64,000 nt of DNA from the human T2T-CHM13v2.0 reference genome, Homo sapiens (GCF_009914755.1 NC_060938.1); one strand, 5' to 3'; shown: positions 1 through 20,454, numbered from the stretch's first letter. Program-made: numbers and translations. Notes: generated from the sequence alone by a model not told the origin.

Positions 1-9
1 ATCGAGGTA

Positions 10-216
10 TGCAGTAAGCATAAAATGCTCACTGGATTTCAAAATCTTAATGGGGAAAAAGTATCTCAAAATTTGAAATATTACTATTTTGGATTACTGA
101 ATTAAATAAAATTTACTACAATTGTTCCCAAATGTTTCCTTTTCCTCAAATTTTTAACATACCCACTAGAAAAATTACTTATGTTGCTCACATTATATTT
201 ATACTGCACAGCACTG
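10..216. mobile_element. MER33/MER3-like hAT-Charlie MITE remnant
   Basis: End 'ccactagaaaaattacttatgttgctcacattatatttatactgcacagcactg' resembles the MER3/MER33 terminus (recognition from memory). Confidence 0.55.
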
Positions 217-2490
217 TTATATACAACAAAGTTCACTCTGCAACAAGACAACTGTCATTGTCACAAAAATCACTTTTTAGACTATGATGATCTCCACCAA
301 TGCCTTACTGACAACCTTGCTGTGTTATCTGATTACTATGGATCATTGGTAATAAATTAGTCAAAGAAAAACATCCATGTAATACATCTGGTGCAAAAAC
401 ACTTAATATGCCTTATGTGAAAAACAATATTATTTTTAAAAGCACTACACAAAGAAATGAGGTTGGTTCCAACCCTCCCAGTCAGGGAGAAGATGTGTGG
501 GAATACTGAAACAACCTTATGGAGGTCATGTATAAGAAGATTATCGATACTACTGGATAAGTTTGGTGTCATCACAGAAATTAAATATGAATATTTAGAC
601 ACACATGTCTGTAAGCCAGAGACATTAAGTTTAAAGCAATAATCAACTAAGAAATTTTTCTTTAAACAGTTGAAAAAGCAAAAAGACAGGCTATAACTAA
701 AGATAATTTAAGAGGGGAGAGGAGTAAAATCCAGGTCTATTTGGCTTCTAAGATCAGGCTCTTGACTACTAATCAAATTGACTCCTCAGCAAACTATACT
801 ACTGATCAATGAAAGTGATGAGTATTTGAGTATACACAAAAGTAGACATGAAATTCCAACAGTGGCATACAATGAAGCTAAATGAAGTAAAGGGAGCAAG
901 GTTCTTATGGCAGGAGAAAAGTGAGAGGAAACAAAATGATCATCTTTAAAGAAGGTCATTTCCTAAGAGACAGCTGTAAAAAAAGAAGAGATAAATAAAA
1001 AAGACAAAAACATTGAGCTTAAATTAGAACAGAGCTTATCACAGATCCTTAAACTTGATGAAACTATTGCTTAAGAAAGTCCAGACAACACATAAGAATA
1101 AAAGCATTGGTGAACAGCAAGAAAAGTCAAAATAGCTGTCATACAGTGTAAATTGAAGAAGGACCAAATCAGTATTGCTTTCTAATTTCCATCAAACCCT
1201 ATCATCTGCCAATTTTCATTACTGGCAGGACACTGGGCTGAGTGATTTGTCTATAAAAGAGAATCTCTGGAAAGAAAAAATAAATCATGGATGTCATCCA
1301 AAGAGGCTAGACCGTATCATTGGCAGGTAGATAAGAAAGGTCAGAGGACTGACAGAATTTAGGGCAAAAGAAAAGCAGCAGGACTTAATGTCAAGAAATA
1401 CAAAGATAACCAAAGAAAAGAGGCTGGAGTTAAAGCTTAAGTGAAGTAAAAGGAATTAAAGCTAAATGATGAGTAAATACATTGAGGAACAGGGGGTGAA
1501 TTAAGATATGTAGCATTTCCATGTTTAAACCTTGCAAAAACTTCTCATTGCAGACCGAACAGGACCCAAACTCCTTCCCTTGCTTATAAGCCTACATGAT
1601 CTAGCCTTTGTTCGCCTTGATGATGTCTCTACTACCCTCACCTAGTAGGCTACTATGCTCCAAGTAAAATGACATGCTGTCTGTTCATGAATCATGCCAA
1701 GTCCACTCCTCAAGGTCTGTGTAGTGGTCTGTTCCCTCTCCCTGGAATGTTCTTTCCTCTTATCTTGCATGATTGGCTTCTTACCATTCAGTTTTCCTAT
1801 TCAGGAAGTATATCTGGTTGTATCTCCTAGATGGATTTTTAGTGTAAAATTTCCAGACAAGGTTAATGTATCCTTGTATCATCATGAAAATAATGTTGCA
1901 ACAATGACCAGCCATTTACCTATGACAGAGCACCCTAAAAGTGTTTCCTGATGAAAATCTTGGCCTTCTTCACAGATACTCTCTTTAGTGGATTTCTTTA
2001 TAATGAGATACACGCTTTTGTTAAATTTCTCAACTTTTATAAAAAGAGGTCAACCTTACTCCTAACTCAGTCAACTATCACAGCTATTGCTCTGCCCTTT
2101 AGGAAGCATCAGAAAATACATATACTCAATGTGTATTATCATTCTCATAACTTAAGCCTTAGATATGAGGTAAAATAACTACCCTTTTTAAAGCAATTAA
2201 TATATACAAGGCAATGTTATGTGAATTCCATTCATTGTGTTCATTTAACCCTCATAATAACACTATGATTTAAGACAGTATCATTTTAAAAGCATAAAAA
2301 GTAACTTCTGCCATGACACACAATTAGGATAGGAAGAAATATTTATAAAAGATGTTAAAAAGGTGACAAAACATCCTATCTGCAATATTCTTTAAATTAT
2401 ATCCTTGGAACTTAATCCAAGATTATGATCTTCTTAACAGATGGGTCAGAACGCTGTGTAGTTAGAATGCACTGTTTAAGATCCCCAAGG

Positions 2491-2800
2491 AGGCCGGGCA
2501 CGATGGCTCACACCTCTGTATCCCAGCAGTTTGGGAGGCTGAGACGTGCAGACCACGAGGTCAGGAGTCCGAGACAAATCTAGCCAACATAGTGAAACCC
2601 CGTCTCTACTAAAAATACAAAAAATTAGCCGGGTGTTATGATGTGCACCTGTAATCCCACCTACTTGGGAGGCTGAGGCAGGAGAAATCACCTGAACCCA
2701 GAAAGCGGAGTTTTCAGTGAGCCAAGGCCATGCCACTGCATTCCAGCCAGGGTGACAGAGCGAGACTCCATCTCAAAAAAAAAAAAAAAAAAAAAAAAAA
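2491..2800 (+). mobile_element. Alu (AluS-type), full length
   Basis: ggccgggcacgatggctcac...gagactccatctc + poly(A). Confidence 0.95.
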
Positions 2801-4825
2801 CCAAAGAAATATAATTTAGTCATTTAGGCCTTGATTTTATACCACTGACTTAGTTTGAAGGCTGCTATAAGAAACAGCCCTATGAAACTGGTATTTTCCT
2901 ACTGCAAGGTGGCTTCTTTAAGACAATTTTTCATTGCATTCTATCAAGGGATGTCTTATTATTATATCATTATATCAAGTGATGTTATGAATAGTAAGAA
3001 TCAGATTAAGGGCTCATATGTACTTCTTTGTATTGACTGTTGAAAAGGTATGGGGCCAAATTTGTAGTTTGTCTGGAATTACATATTTTTGGGGGTCTCT
3101 CTATTATCTTCATACTTATCCTATCTAAATTTTCCATTGCCAAATTTCCTTACTTATTTTTAGTTTTATCCTATTGCTCATGTATTTTTATGAGTCTCCA
3201 TAAGTCTATTTTGGAAAAAGGCAGAGTACTCATAATTTTAGTATATCTTTTAGCTTTATGTTGCCATAAACCTTTCATTATATACATGATCAACAACAGC
3301 AAATTATATCACTTCAGTATTTAGTTTATTATTTTACAAACTGATTTATGATTGCTAACATGTAACTGAAGGTATACACTATTAGAACACAGTTTTCAGT
3401 AGAAAGTAGCACTGCCATTGAGTAAAAAAATGTTCTAACATTAGAGCAACATTCTTATACAAGTTTGCATGTTGTTTACTGAGGTCTAAAGCATGACTAC
3501 ACAAAAGGCTGAATAAAATTCACATTCTTACATACACATAAAATTGTTTTATTGAGATGACAAAGTATATTTATTATGCCACCCAGAATATAATCCACTC
3601 TGAAAACTGCCAGTGTATGCACTTGCTGAAGTAACTCAGTACATAAATGGTAGCCACAACAGTTGCTGTGCATGAAAGTTCTTCTCTTCCAGATTGAAGA
3701 GTGTACAATCTAAAGCATTTTAAAACTTTAAATCCCTTATTAGCTTAAATATAATTTAAAATTTTAGTTTGCCGTACCTATAATTTGTTTGTACACTAGG
3801 TTACTAAGGGTGATATGATTACATATGTGGATACAAAATAATTTTAATGGAAAATGAAATTAGGGTACTCAACAAAGATAAAGGGTAATGATCATGTACA
3901 CTAACCGTATTTGAGATTAGTTTAAGCCTGGGGTAGCTATACTTATGTTTCACAGACCTTGAGAAGATAGGGAAAAAAAGCTTTTATCAACATTGCTAAG
4001 GAACAGGTAAAAGCTAACATTAGGTAACTAAGAGGTGACATAAAAAAGACTGAATAAAATATCATGGAGGTTTCATAATAAGATTGGAAATTCAATAGAC
4101 TAGGAGAGAAAAGATCCCAAAATATACATGCTCATTGGGAAAACAGCTAGTAAGAACAAGGAGAGATCTCTATTTAATGATACAATAGTAGAGTTATAAT
4201 TTCCTGTATATTGTAAATTTCAAGCATTTAAACATTTTCATTGAATTATAAAATACTATTTGTAAAAGAAAGAAAAACAGCACAACTGCAGATTACAGAT
4301 GACTAAGATAGATGAATCATGAAAAGGTGCTAGCAGAGATTTCTATCACACCTATCAGGGATACACAATTTCCAAGAATTTCAGAAGGGTTTGGTGTTCC
4401 TATTAACGTAAATCCGGAAATAACACCTGAGTGAACTATCTTCTAATTCTTCAACTGGATGGCTTTTTAGTGTAAAAGATGTTGAATACTGATTGACTTT
4501 TTAATAATTTTATAGTATATGTCAGAAATATTGCACAGTCCCTATTTACATCATTCTACAGTGGTTTTTAAAATGTTTTAAGAATAAAAAACATGAAAAC
4601 TTTATTTGATTTTTCTGAGGAAATAACTTTTTGGATTTAATTTCAATGAAACCGTTGATAACATTTCCCTCCCCAACAATCTCTGGCAACGATCCCTCAG
4701 ATTTTAATGATTATGTATTATTCCCTTTTAATACAAGTAGCATAACACTCAGGGAATTTACAACATTTGTTATTTTCAGTAAATACATTGGTTGAAGTTT
4801 AAAAGTCTATCCATAGTAAACTTAC

Positions 4826-4988
4826 ATCTTTCAGGAGCTTGGTCAATGTGTTCTGGACAAAGCAGGAAGATGTGACTGAAATCCTGAAAGGAGCCGGCTC
4901 CTGCAGCACAAGGATAATGATACATCTGGGTACATTTCTCTTCACAGCATTTGATAGTGGCTCCAAAGTGCTTACAAAATGCACATCG
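4826..4988 (-). pseudogene. KMT2C: Exon 7-equivalent of a KMT2C (MLL3) partial duplication (KMT2CP/BAGE-type paralog); extended PHD1 zinc-finger segment
   Basis: Minus strand: polypyrimidine tract and cctttcag acceptor (AG at 4990-4989), 163-nt exon, GTAAG donor (4825-4821). Translates RCAFCKHFGATIKCCEEKCTQMYHYPCAAGAGSFQDFSHIFLLCPEHIDQAPER, matching recalled KMT2C residues 284-337 except L291F and T316S. No upstream KMT2C exon is seen in the remaining 59 kb. Confidence 0.92.
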
Positions 4989-6378
4989 CTGAAAGGGGTA
5001 AAGGAGAGAAATCTCTTTATAAAACCTTGAAAAGGAATATTCAAATATAAGCTGGGAAGGTATAAAAAACTCTCTGTACATCACAAGTAAACAAATTGAA
5101 CCTGCAAAACATTAAACAAAGGATTCATTAAAAATAATAAAATCTACATTACTCAATTTAGTGCTTTGTGTGCTACCAACTCATCCTTCCATTCAAATTA
5201 GAAAGTTAGAATTTCATTCCTTATATTTTCAAAAATAAATTGTGAAGCATTTTAGAAACAAAACCTAAAATTTTTTTTAAAAGCAAATAGTAATATGGTT
5301 AAAGGGGCAGGTTTCTATATTGAGGATTATTATAAAGTTTTTAAATCCTACCAAAACTAGTAATAGGAACATATATTATTTATGAGACATATTACTATTT
5401 TTTACCCTGCCTAAAAATAAACACAAAATAAATTCATCAATTATAAGTTAACAGGGACACAAATGGTTAAAGACTCACACACAAAAAAAACAAAACTACA
5501 TACTTCAATGTAGCAATCAACTTCAAATTTCTTAGCAAAAGATGGAAATGTGGGGGAAAAAATTAGTCATCTGGTATCTTTCCCATTTCAACCTGCCTCC
5601 ATTATCTTGCAAGTGGTAAAATGCACAGAAATAAGCCTCAAACAAGAGGGGCAGTCTAGGGCAAGTGAACACATAAGTCGGAAGAAATTATGTAAAATGT
5701 TGCATTTACTTATTCAGTTTTCCCTTAGAATGATTCACAAACTCTTCCTCATTCTCCCAAGTCCATTTTGAGCATCATTTTCTTTGAAGAGAGTCTGATG
5801 GGCCCTGTACTATACAGTATGAAATCTCTCTGTGGGAAATGACTATCTAACATAAATTTTTGTTTACACCGTTACATGATACCTACTTGCTTATGCCATT
5901 ACATGATCAGTTTACCTTTTTCTCAACCTAATCCAAGATCCTTCAATTGAGGCACTATACTATCTTTGTATCCAAAGCACCAAAAATGCTGCTTCAAACA
6001 GGCCCTAATAGATAGGTGTTCCTATACATATACCAAAAAGACTTAACTTTTGGTGATCTTGTTTGTGAGTGTGGCTCATAAACAGCTTAGCTGAGATAAC
6101 TGGAGCCTCATGTAGCAGAGACAGTTGGACCCTGCTAACATTACTGTGGATATCTTCACATGTTACTACATTGACTTTATATTCTGCTAATTAACCAGGG
6201 ACTACAGTAGTTAAAATTATAATTGTTTTCAATGTTTTATGTGTAAATCTGTATCTCACATACTATCAAACTCTTCCTCACTGTCATCAGTCTCCTGCAT
6301 TGAATCAACATAACAAAGCTAAATGACTCCTGAGGGCTGAATCAGAAAGAAGAAAAGAAAGAGATACAAAACTTTAGT

Positions 6379-6569
6379 CGGCCCGGTGGCTCACACCTGT
6401 AATCCCAGCACTTTGGAAGGCCAAGGCGGGCGGATCACGAGGTCAGGAGATCGAGACCATCCTGGCTGATACAGTGAAACTCCATCTCTACTGAAAATAC
6501 AAAAAATTAGCTGGACGTGGTGGTGGGCACCTGTAGTCCCAGCTACTCAGGAGGCTGAAGCAGGAGAAG
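6379..6569 (+). mobile_element. Alu, 3'-truncated
   Basis: Left arm and start of right arm, ending abruptly at 'gcaggagaa' with no poly(A). Confidence 0.9.
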
Positions 6570-7464
6570 CTTCTAAATAACTCATAAACACTAATTACTG
6601 TTGTGACACTTTAATTTTATACAATATTTATAAGTATACAGAATAACATTTCAGTGCTATTTTGGCACTCAAGGGTATTAATGCATTAGAAACACAGAAA
6701 AAAATAAATATTTGTCTTCATTGATAAAGTGTAATAACCAGCTTTTACAAAACAGGTAATTTTTTATATTGTAACTCCCAAGGTATCTAAATTTGTTTAG
6801 TGCATTAACAGAACCCAGAATTAACTACAAATACAACACCTTGGTAGTCTAAATGTCCAAACAGAAAGGTCACGTAAATGTCGAAAGAAAAAGTACAATC
6901 AATCTGTTGAAAAATGTTTATAACAACTCATTAACATAACTAATTTCTGCTAAATTGTTAAAATCTAAAATCGCTTATTTTGATACCATATGGCAAGTTT
7001 TGCAGAAGCTTTTTGCACTAAAAATAATCTTGGCAGATAAAATATAATGAGAGGTAAGTATGTAATAACAGAAAATAATTTAAATTGACCAGCTTCTCAA
7101 TGTCTTTCTCATTTTAGAAACACCAATATGTTCTCTTAATCATATCTGCAATGAAAAATATTATATTAGCTAAACTATTATGAAAAGTACTGGAATATAT
7201 CTAACATACTAATTTACAATATCATATAAAGATATCAGTGTATAAAAGAAGGAAAATAAAACACTACATTTAGGAGAACGCTTTAAACCCATATGTTACA
7301 ATTAAATAGCTAATGAAGAGCACTCGGCATTAAAAGAAAATGTTTCCTATATATACACAGTCTGGAATGTATCTTCCTAAACCAAATAAAAAGTACTTGT
7401 AAAATCATAGACAATATCAAAGAATAGATTTCTACAGGGAACTTCTCAAATGTCAACACTCTTA

Positions 7465-7894
<430 letters not shown>

Positions 7895-9139
7895 GCCCTT
7901 AAATGGTTTATCAACTAAATGGTTTATTTGAATCAATAATGAAAATTCCTAGACAGCATTTTTTCTTTTCACTTTTATTCATCATTAAAAAGACACGGAG
8001 TAAGAAAAGGAAAAAAAGTAACATGTTATAATAATATTTTCCCATATTAATCCAAGAACACAATAACAACAACAAAAACTCAGTGAGAACTCATATTACC
8101 AATTTTAAGAATGAGTCTGAGGAATTTTCAAAACTTTTATTTAATAGATTGAAATAATCTGTCAAAATGTATCTATAAAACACAACAGAATGAACAAAAT
8201 TTCTGAGATTAAAGTTGTATCATTAAAAAATACCAAGAAGTTAAATATTCCACAGTTCATTTAATTAATTATCCAGTATTTATTCTGTACCAACTATAGC
8301 AATGGTTTTAGGCTACGTGCTCTAATAAATAAGTATTGTAAGGCTCCCCATGCTCCAAATTTGTTTTTAATCTTCACTAATCTGTTTTTCGTGTTAGGCA
8401 ACTAAGATTCTCCCAGGATGCAGTAATAAAGAACAAAGATGGAAAGCAAGAGAAAGAGGTAGAATGACATGAAAATCTGATCCAGAAGGTGCAACGTCTG
8501 TTTTATATGAGTACCAGAAAGGGAGAAAATAGGAGGGATTATACTCACCAAAATTCTAAAGGAAAAGTTATGTATATATCTAATAATAAAAGCTAACATT
8601 TAATTAAGCATAATCCTCATTCAACAGATGAGGAATCTAAAACCCAAAGAGTCATTATCACTGTTCCACTTATCTCTGTATCCCTACAAAAATACTCACT
8701 CTTGATCTGTAACAATGCCTCCTTAAACTCCCTGAATGGCAGCTTCAGGTAAAAACTTCCCAGAAAGTTTGAAATAACAAGGATAAAAGGAAAATTCTTG
8801 GAGCCACATAAAAAAGAAAACAGATCATTACAAAAAAAGAAGAATCGGGCATCAGTTCTCATTACCAATACTGAATTAAAAAGAAACCCCCCAAAAAACC
8901 ATTATTTTCCTAGGTCTATAAGAAATTATTTAAAGCCAAAATTTTAATGTCTGTTAAGCTAACATTCAAGTCCACGGATAACAAATGTAAATAGTTTAAA
9001 TTCTCTAGTAAAAGACAGAGCAACTTTCAAAATATGCAAAATATACTACTTAACACATACACATATTTTACATGTAACTATACTACAGACTTCATTTATG
9101 TATGTGTGTGTGTGTACACATATATAATATAAAATGAAT

Positions 9140-9730
<591 letters not shown>

Positions 9731-9799
9731 CTGTATATATATATATATATTCATACATATGCACAATGCACAGTGACATACACAATTCAAAAACAGACT

Positions 9800-10570
9800 T
9801 GAGGGGAAAAAACACAAACGTTATCCAAAAAATGCAGGTATAGCAATAATTGCAAAGAAACAGAATTTAAAAAGCAGTGAATAAGTCAAAGATAATAATT
9901 TATAATAACATAAGTTTTATGTTGCAGTGTAAATTCCAAAAGAAGCCATAGTCATTAAAGTTTATACACCTAATAAATATATGTCACATATAGAAAGTAA
10001 AGCTGAGTAGAAATAACATGCATAGATTAGACTTTAACATAGCTCTCAAATCAGGATATTAAGTAGATATGAAATAAATAATAACAATGATCGGGTTTGA
10101 TTCAAACAGACACATAAAATACACACAGATCTCTGAATTCCAAAAATAGAGAAAACATCCTATTCAAATGTACATAGAATTTTCAAAAAAACTTCACATG
10201 TATGGTCATAAAGAAATGTCCACATATTTTAAAAAGCAGGTATTTCCTAGGTTATATCCAGTAAAAGCAGATGCGTCCCTAGACCTAATACAATAAAAAT
10301 TAGAAATTCATAATATAAGGATAAACTCCCAAATCTACCCACTGGCAAAATTTAAAAGTCCTTTCTATATAACGGCAGAGTTTCAATCAAGAAGAAAAAT
10401 CATGTATTATTTTTAAATGATTAAGAAACATCAAAAATATCTCTGAGATGTGGCAAATGTGGTATTCAGAGGAAAAAAATATAGCTTCAAACATGCAAAA
10501 CTGTAAGACTAAAGAATTACAATAAATAATGCTCGATTCAAAAATTAAGCCAATAAGAATCAACATATAA
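9800..10570 (+). mobile_element. Old L1M ORF2 remnant
   Basis: Degenerate A-rich L1 endonuclease-region-like sequence. Confidence 0.5.
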
Positions 10571-11017
10571 TCCATGAGATTCGCCATCTAGGGAAGTAAA
10601 CCCACCCTAATACTGTGTTTATTAAAATGCTGTTAATGAGATCCGAGGTTTAAACAACTCTTCGCTTTAGAAAGTGAAATAAAGCTGACTGAAATAAAAC
10701 CTAATCTATGAAATTATTCTGTATATGAATTGACCTGAAGTAATGAACAGTTCAATGACTGGCTTATGACTCTTGTTCTGGTCCAGGTTAATCATTCTAG
10801 TTGGCATACTATTAAACACATATTTCTGATTGAAACATCTGTTAAAAAAATAACATCAAAAGACATTACAAAATCAAAATGGAGACTGCTAAGAGTGGGA
10901 TTTTTCTCCTGCCAGTATCTTTCCTTTCTGCCACATCCTCCTCCCTGCTGCCACAGCAAATCTTTCTAAAGGAATACAAATATATTCTGAATCACACGCA
11001 AACCCCTCAATACAGAA

Positions 11018-11955
<938 letters not shown>

Positions 11956-12613
11956 TAGAGCAGCATTTCAAGGCCCTCCATGCTTTGGTCTCTGCCAAAT
12001 CACTATTAGAGTTTTAAAATTTTTTTTTACACATTATACTTACATTACACAATGTCTTAACACTATGAAGTAAAAATGTAAATATTTTAAACTCTGGCTT
12101 GGAAATGAGGAGGCAGAATCTCAGAAATTTTCCTAAAATAAAATAGGAGAGGCAAGCTTTCTGAGTCCACAAAAGTGCCCTCTACCTATTGGGTCAAAGA
12201 AAAAGTAATTTCTCTATTTGTAACAACATACATAAATTATAAACCCTGAAGAAATAGGTCCCTAATAGCTATAATCTTTAACATAACCATAAATAAAAAC
12301 ATGAATAAATCTGACTACATAAAAATGTAAAAACTTCTATGTGGTGAGAACACACATTACAGAAAAAAAAAATCAAATGACAAAAAATAACCTCCAATTG
12401 GGATTACAAATATCTAGTATCCTGGATATATACAAATAAAGCATGTAAGTTATAAAAATGAGTATAATTTTAAAATAGACAAGGATACTTTACAGAATTT
12501 CATAATTTAAGGAAGACATAAAGTTAGCCAATAAACTATTTGTAATATGCAAGAATAAGTAAGCATTATTATTTGCCAGCAGCTAAGCCAAGTACTTTAT
12601 AAGAATTACTTTA

Positions 12614-13006
<393 letters not shown>

Positions 13007-13158
13007 TTAAATTTCCTTGTTCAAGTCCATAGAGTCAGGAAATGAAAAAGGAACTGAACTCAAGGAGTTCATAATTATTTATATACAAATAATAAAGACA
13101 AATTCATCGACTATGGAAATGTACTGAGTATTTTGTCTTGTTTACGTAATGGTTTTTA

Positions 13159-13588
<430 letters not shown>

Positions 13589-13985
13589 TCAAATTGAAAG
13601 TCCTCAAAATGCCCAACGGTAAAATAAATAAATTATAGTACTCTTAACAACAGAATACTATATATCAATGAGAAAAATAAACGACTGGAAGGAACAATTT
13701 GGATTTATCTCACAAATTAATATGTGAAAGATGACAGAAAACAGTACTTAGTAGCTCAATTATACGAAGTACAAAGCCAATTACGCAAAGTACAAACATA
13801 GGCAAGACTCACCTATGTTGTTACTAGATGATAGTGCATGTCTCTGGGGAGTTAGGAATAGTAACCAACAGGAGGCTTGAATGGAATATCTGGGGCGCTA
13901 TTATTTGTTTCCTGATGTGATTTTAGTATATAGGTTCTAATATTTTGGGTATTCCTAGAAATGTGTACCTATTATTCACTTGCTC

Positions 13986-14027
13986 TATATATAGAGAGAG
14001 AGCTATATAGCTCTCTCTCTATATATA
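13986..14027. repeat. Perfect 42-bp palindrome within a larger imperfect fold-back
   Basis: tatatatagagagagagctat|atagctctctctctatatata, pairing checked base by base. Confidence 0.95.
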
Positions 14028-15459
14028 TATATAGCTATATATATAGCAAAGTGAATTTTATATATAATTCTTCAACATATTTTTAGAAAAATTAAGTTTT
14101 TTTAGAAAATTAAGAGAATTTTAGATAAAAACTCAACTTTTAATGGAAAATATTGTCCTTTTTCTTTCTCACATGAAATCCTCTATCAAGGTTAGTATCC
14201 TACCTGGCATCTCTCCAATACTGGGTTAAGAGTTTTTCTTCTCAAGTAACCTGTATTATATTAAGATGATATTAACTGAAATAATCAGATAGATGACTGC
14301 GCCATAAAGCTAATTCTAAGGTATCTGTCCTTAGCCAAAAGCAGAAAAGGGATACACATAACTTCCACATAAAACATCCACCCCCATTTCTTTGGTTATT
14401 CTTAAAAGCTCATAATGTATACAATGATAAAATTTATTGTTTCAAATTAGGGTTTTTGAAATTGAAATATTAATTTAAACACGTTTGCTTAACACAACTT
14501 TAAAGTTAATAAGAAAACACTGCATATTACAGAAGAGTTAAATACTTCAAAAAGTGGGAAAGAATTTAAAAGCTTTCACTTGAGTAGGAGTAAACACAAA
14601 CACACTAAGAATCTAGTTGGATACACTTAAATCATGTCTTTTAAGAACATAAGAACAGATTATTTGCTTTCTCTTTAGTCCAAAACCTTGGTGTAATTTT
14701 AGTCCAAATTTGAAACTAACAGAAGAATACTCAGCTTCTTAAAAGTTTTATTTCAAGAACAGTAAAAGAACTTCTGGTCTTACAAACATTACACAGATAA
14801 AACGAGTTTCTCCAAACAGATGTATGTAAAAATCTAGTACATATACCCCCAAGTTGAGTCAATAAGGTGAACCAGATTCTGGTTGAATGGAATCCTTGAA
14901 ATATAACTTTGGTGAACAAACTGTTTGTGTTTTCCACTTTTCTTAAAAAAGAAGTGATAAAGCAGATTTCCAGTACCTGCCAGCTGACAAAATGCTACTT
15001 ACCAGGTAAAAACCACTACCAAAAATCAGAATCACAGAAGGGCTATCAGTAAAATTATTAATGCCACAAATTAACATGATGTTAACAGCTGATTTATGCA
15101 TCAAAAGAGTATTTATATAATCACAGCAAATAACTCAAATCTTTTACATCACTAGTAAACTCAAAAAATATAGCAAAAAGCAATAACATTAAATTTCATT
15201 ATTGATCTACTAGCTTTAACTATTTAATACTAGTACACTTAGTTTTGATTACTTTGAAATTGAAGCAAAAACAATAATCTTTTCTTCTTTTAATGACTTT
15301 TTCAGTTATAGGAAAGATGACATTAAAAGAAAATATACAACTATAGCTTAGCTACAGGTATAAAATTGTTTTAAAGATATGTAATTGTGCTATTGAATTA
15401 AACTGAAAACATAACTATCAACTCATGATTTTGAAAAAAAATCTTTTTTATGTTTGGTT

Positions 15460-16710
15460 TTGGTAAAAGGAGAGACAAATAAGTCAGAAGAACAGAAAAT
15501 ACAGAAATAGGCAAACTTTCCCATATTCAATTAATTTTTGAGCAAGGGGCCAAGGTAATTCAAGAGAGCAATAAATAATCTTTTAGAATGATGCTGAACT
15601 GCCAAATAATTCATATGGAAAACAAAGAAACATGAATCTTATCTTGTATTCTCTTATCATATGTGTAATTTAACCATAAATGGATTTTTTAAACCTACAA
15701 GTAACACTGCGGCAAGCAAAGATTTTTTAATAAAGCATAAAGAGCATAATTTTTTCAACTTCAAAAAATTAACAAATGACAAATGTCATCAAAATGAAAC
15801 CCTCTGCTGTTCAATAAACATTGCTAAATAAATGAAAACAAGTCACACATTAGGCAAAAATATTTATAAAATGCATCTCCAATAACTGACTTCTGTGAAT
15901 AATATATAAAAAAAACTTAGAACTCAAGAAGATGACAAGCAAATCAATTGGAAAAAAATGGTGGTAGAGACAAAATACTTTAACAGACATGTCACCAAAG
16001 ATACACAAATGGCAAAAAAAGACATAAAAAGAGGCTCAATCTAATTAATCATCAGAGAATGCAAAATCAAACCCACAATAAATTGTCACTAAATGCCAAC
16101 CAGATGGCTAAAATTTAGAAATAGTGGCAATAGCCAATGCTGGCAACAATGTACAGCAAATGGAACTCTCAGATCTCTAGAAATGGAAAAGTATACAGAC
16201 ACTTTTTAAGAAACTGTGAAACTGTTTTCCAAAGTTAAGAATATTATTTCCAACAAGTCAGAAATTCCAGTCCTAGGTATTTACCCAAGAAACATGAAAA
16301 GATACATCTACAACGAAGCATGTTACATAAATGCTCACAGCAGCTTTATATACTGGCCAAAAATTGAACGAAACTTAACTGTAAGCTAGTGAATGGACCA
16401 ATATCAAAATGATTATGCTAAGCAAAAAAAAGGCAGATGGAAAAGATTCTATACTGTATGGTTCCATTCATATATTAGTCTAGAAAAGGCAAAACTATAG
16501 GAAAGCAACAGATCGGTGATTGCCAGGAGCTGGAGTGGGAGGTAGGCAGTAACTTCAAAAGGTCATGAGCGAATTTATGGGTAAAGGGTCTATTCTGTAT
16601 CTTGACTATGATGGTAATTACATGACTGTTCATATTTACCAAATCACATTCAATACACACCTTAGAAAGGGTGAATTATAGTGTATGCAAAATATACCTT
16701 AACAAAACAA
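15460..16710 (+). mobile_element. Old L1M (L1MB/MC-like) 3' region
   Basis: L1 ORF2-end and 3'UTR motifs: gaaattccagtcctaggtatttacccaagaaa, ctatactgtatggttccatt, ggcaaaactatagg. Confidence 0.8.
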
Positions 16711-16929
16711 TGACTCTCACACATAAATTTATTTATTTATTGGGTAACAGCATAGGGACTAATATCAGAATAACTTTCCTAAAATGTCTCAAATCTGAAG
16801 AAAATGTAAAAGCTAACTAATTGAAGTTACCTGTAAATAACCAAAAACTGGCTGGAATGGGAGGACATTTTACCCTTGGAAAAAAAGCGGAATGTCATTG
16901 GCTAAAATCTATATTTAAATAGAGTTTCA

Positions 16930-20450
<3,521 letters not shown>

Positions 20451-20454
20451 GATG

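Noticed and set aside
4776-5084. 102-aa ORF as a standalone PHD microprotein
   Set aside because: Homology is confined to the exon between canonical splice sites; the flanks are intron read-through.
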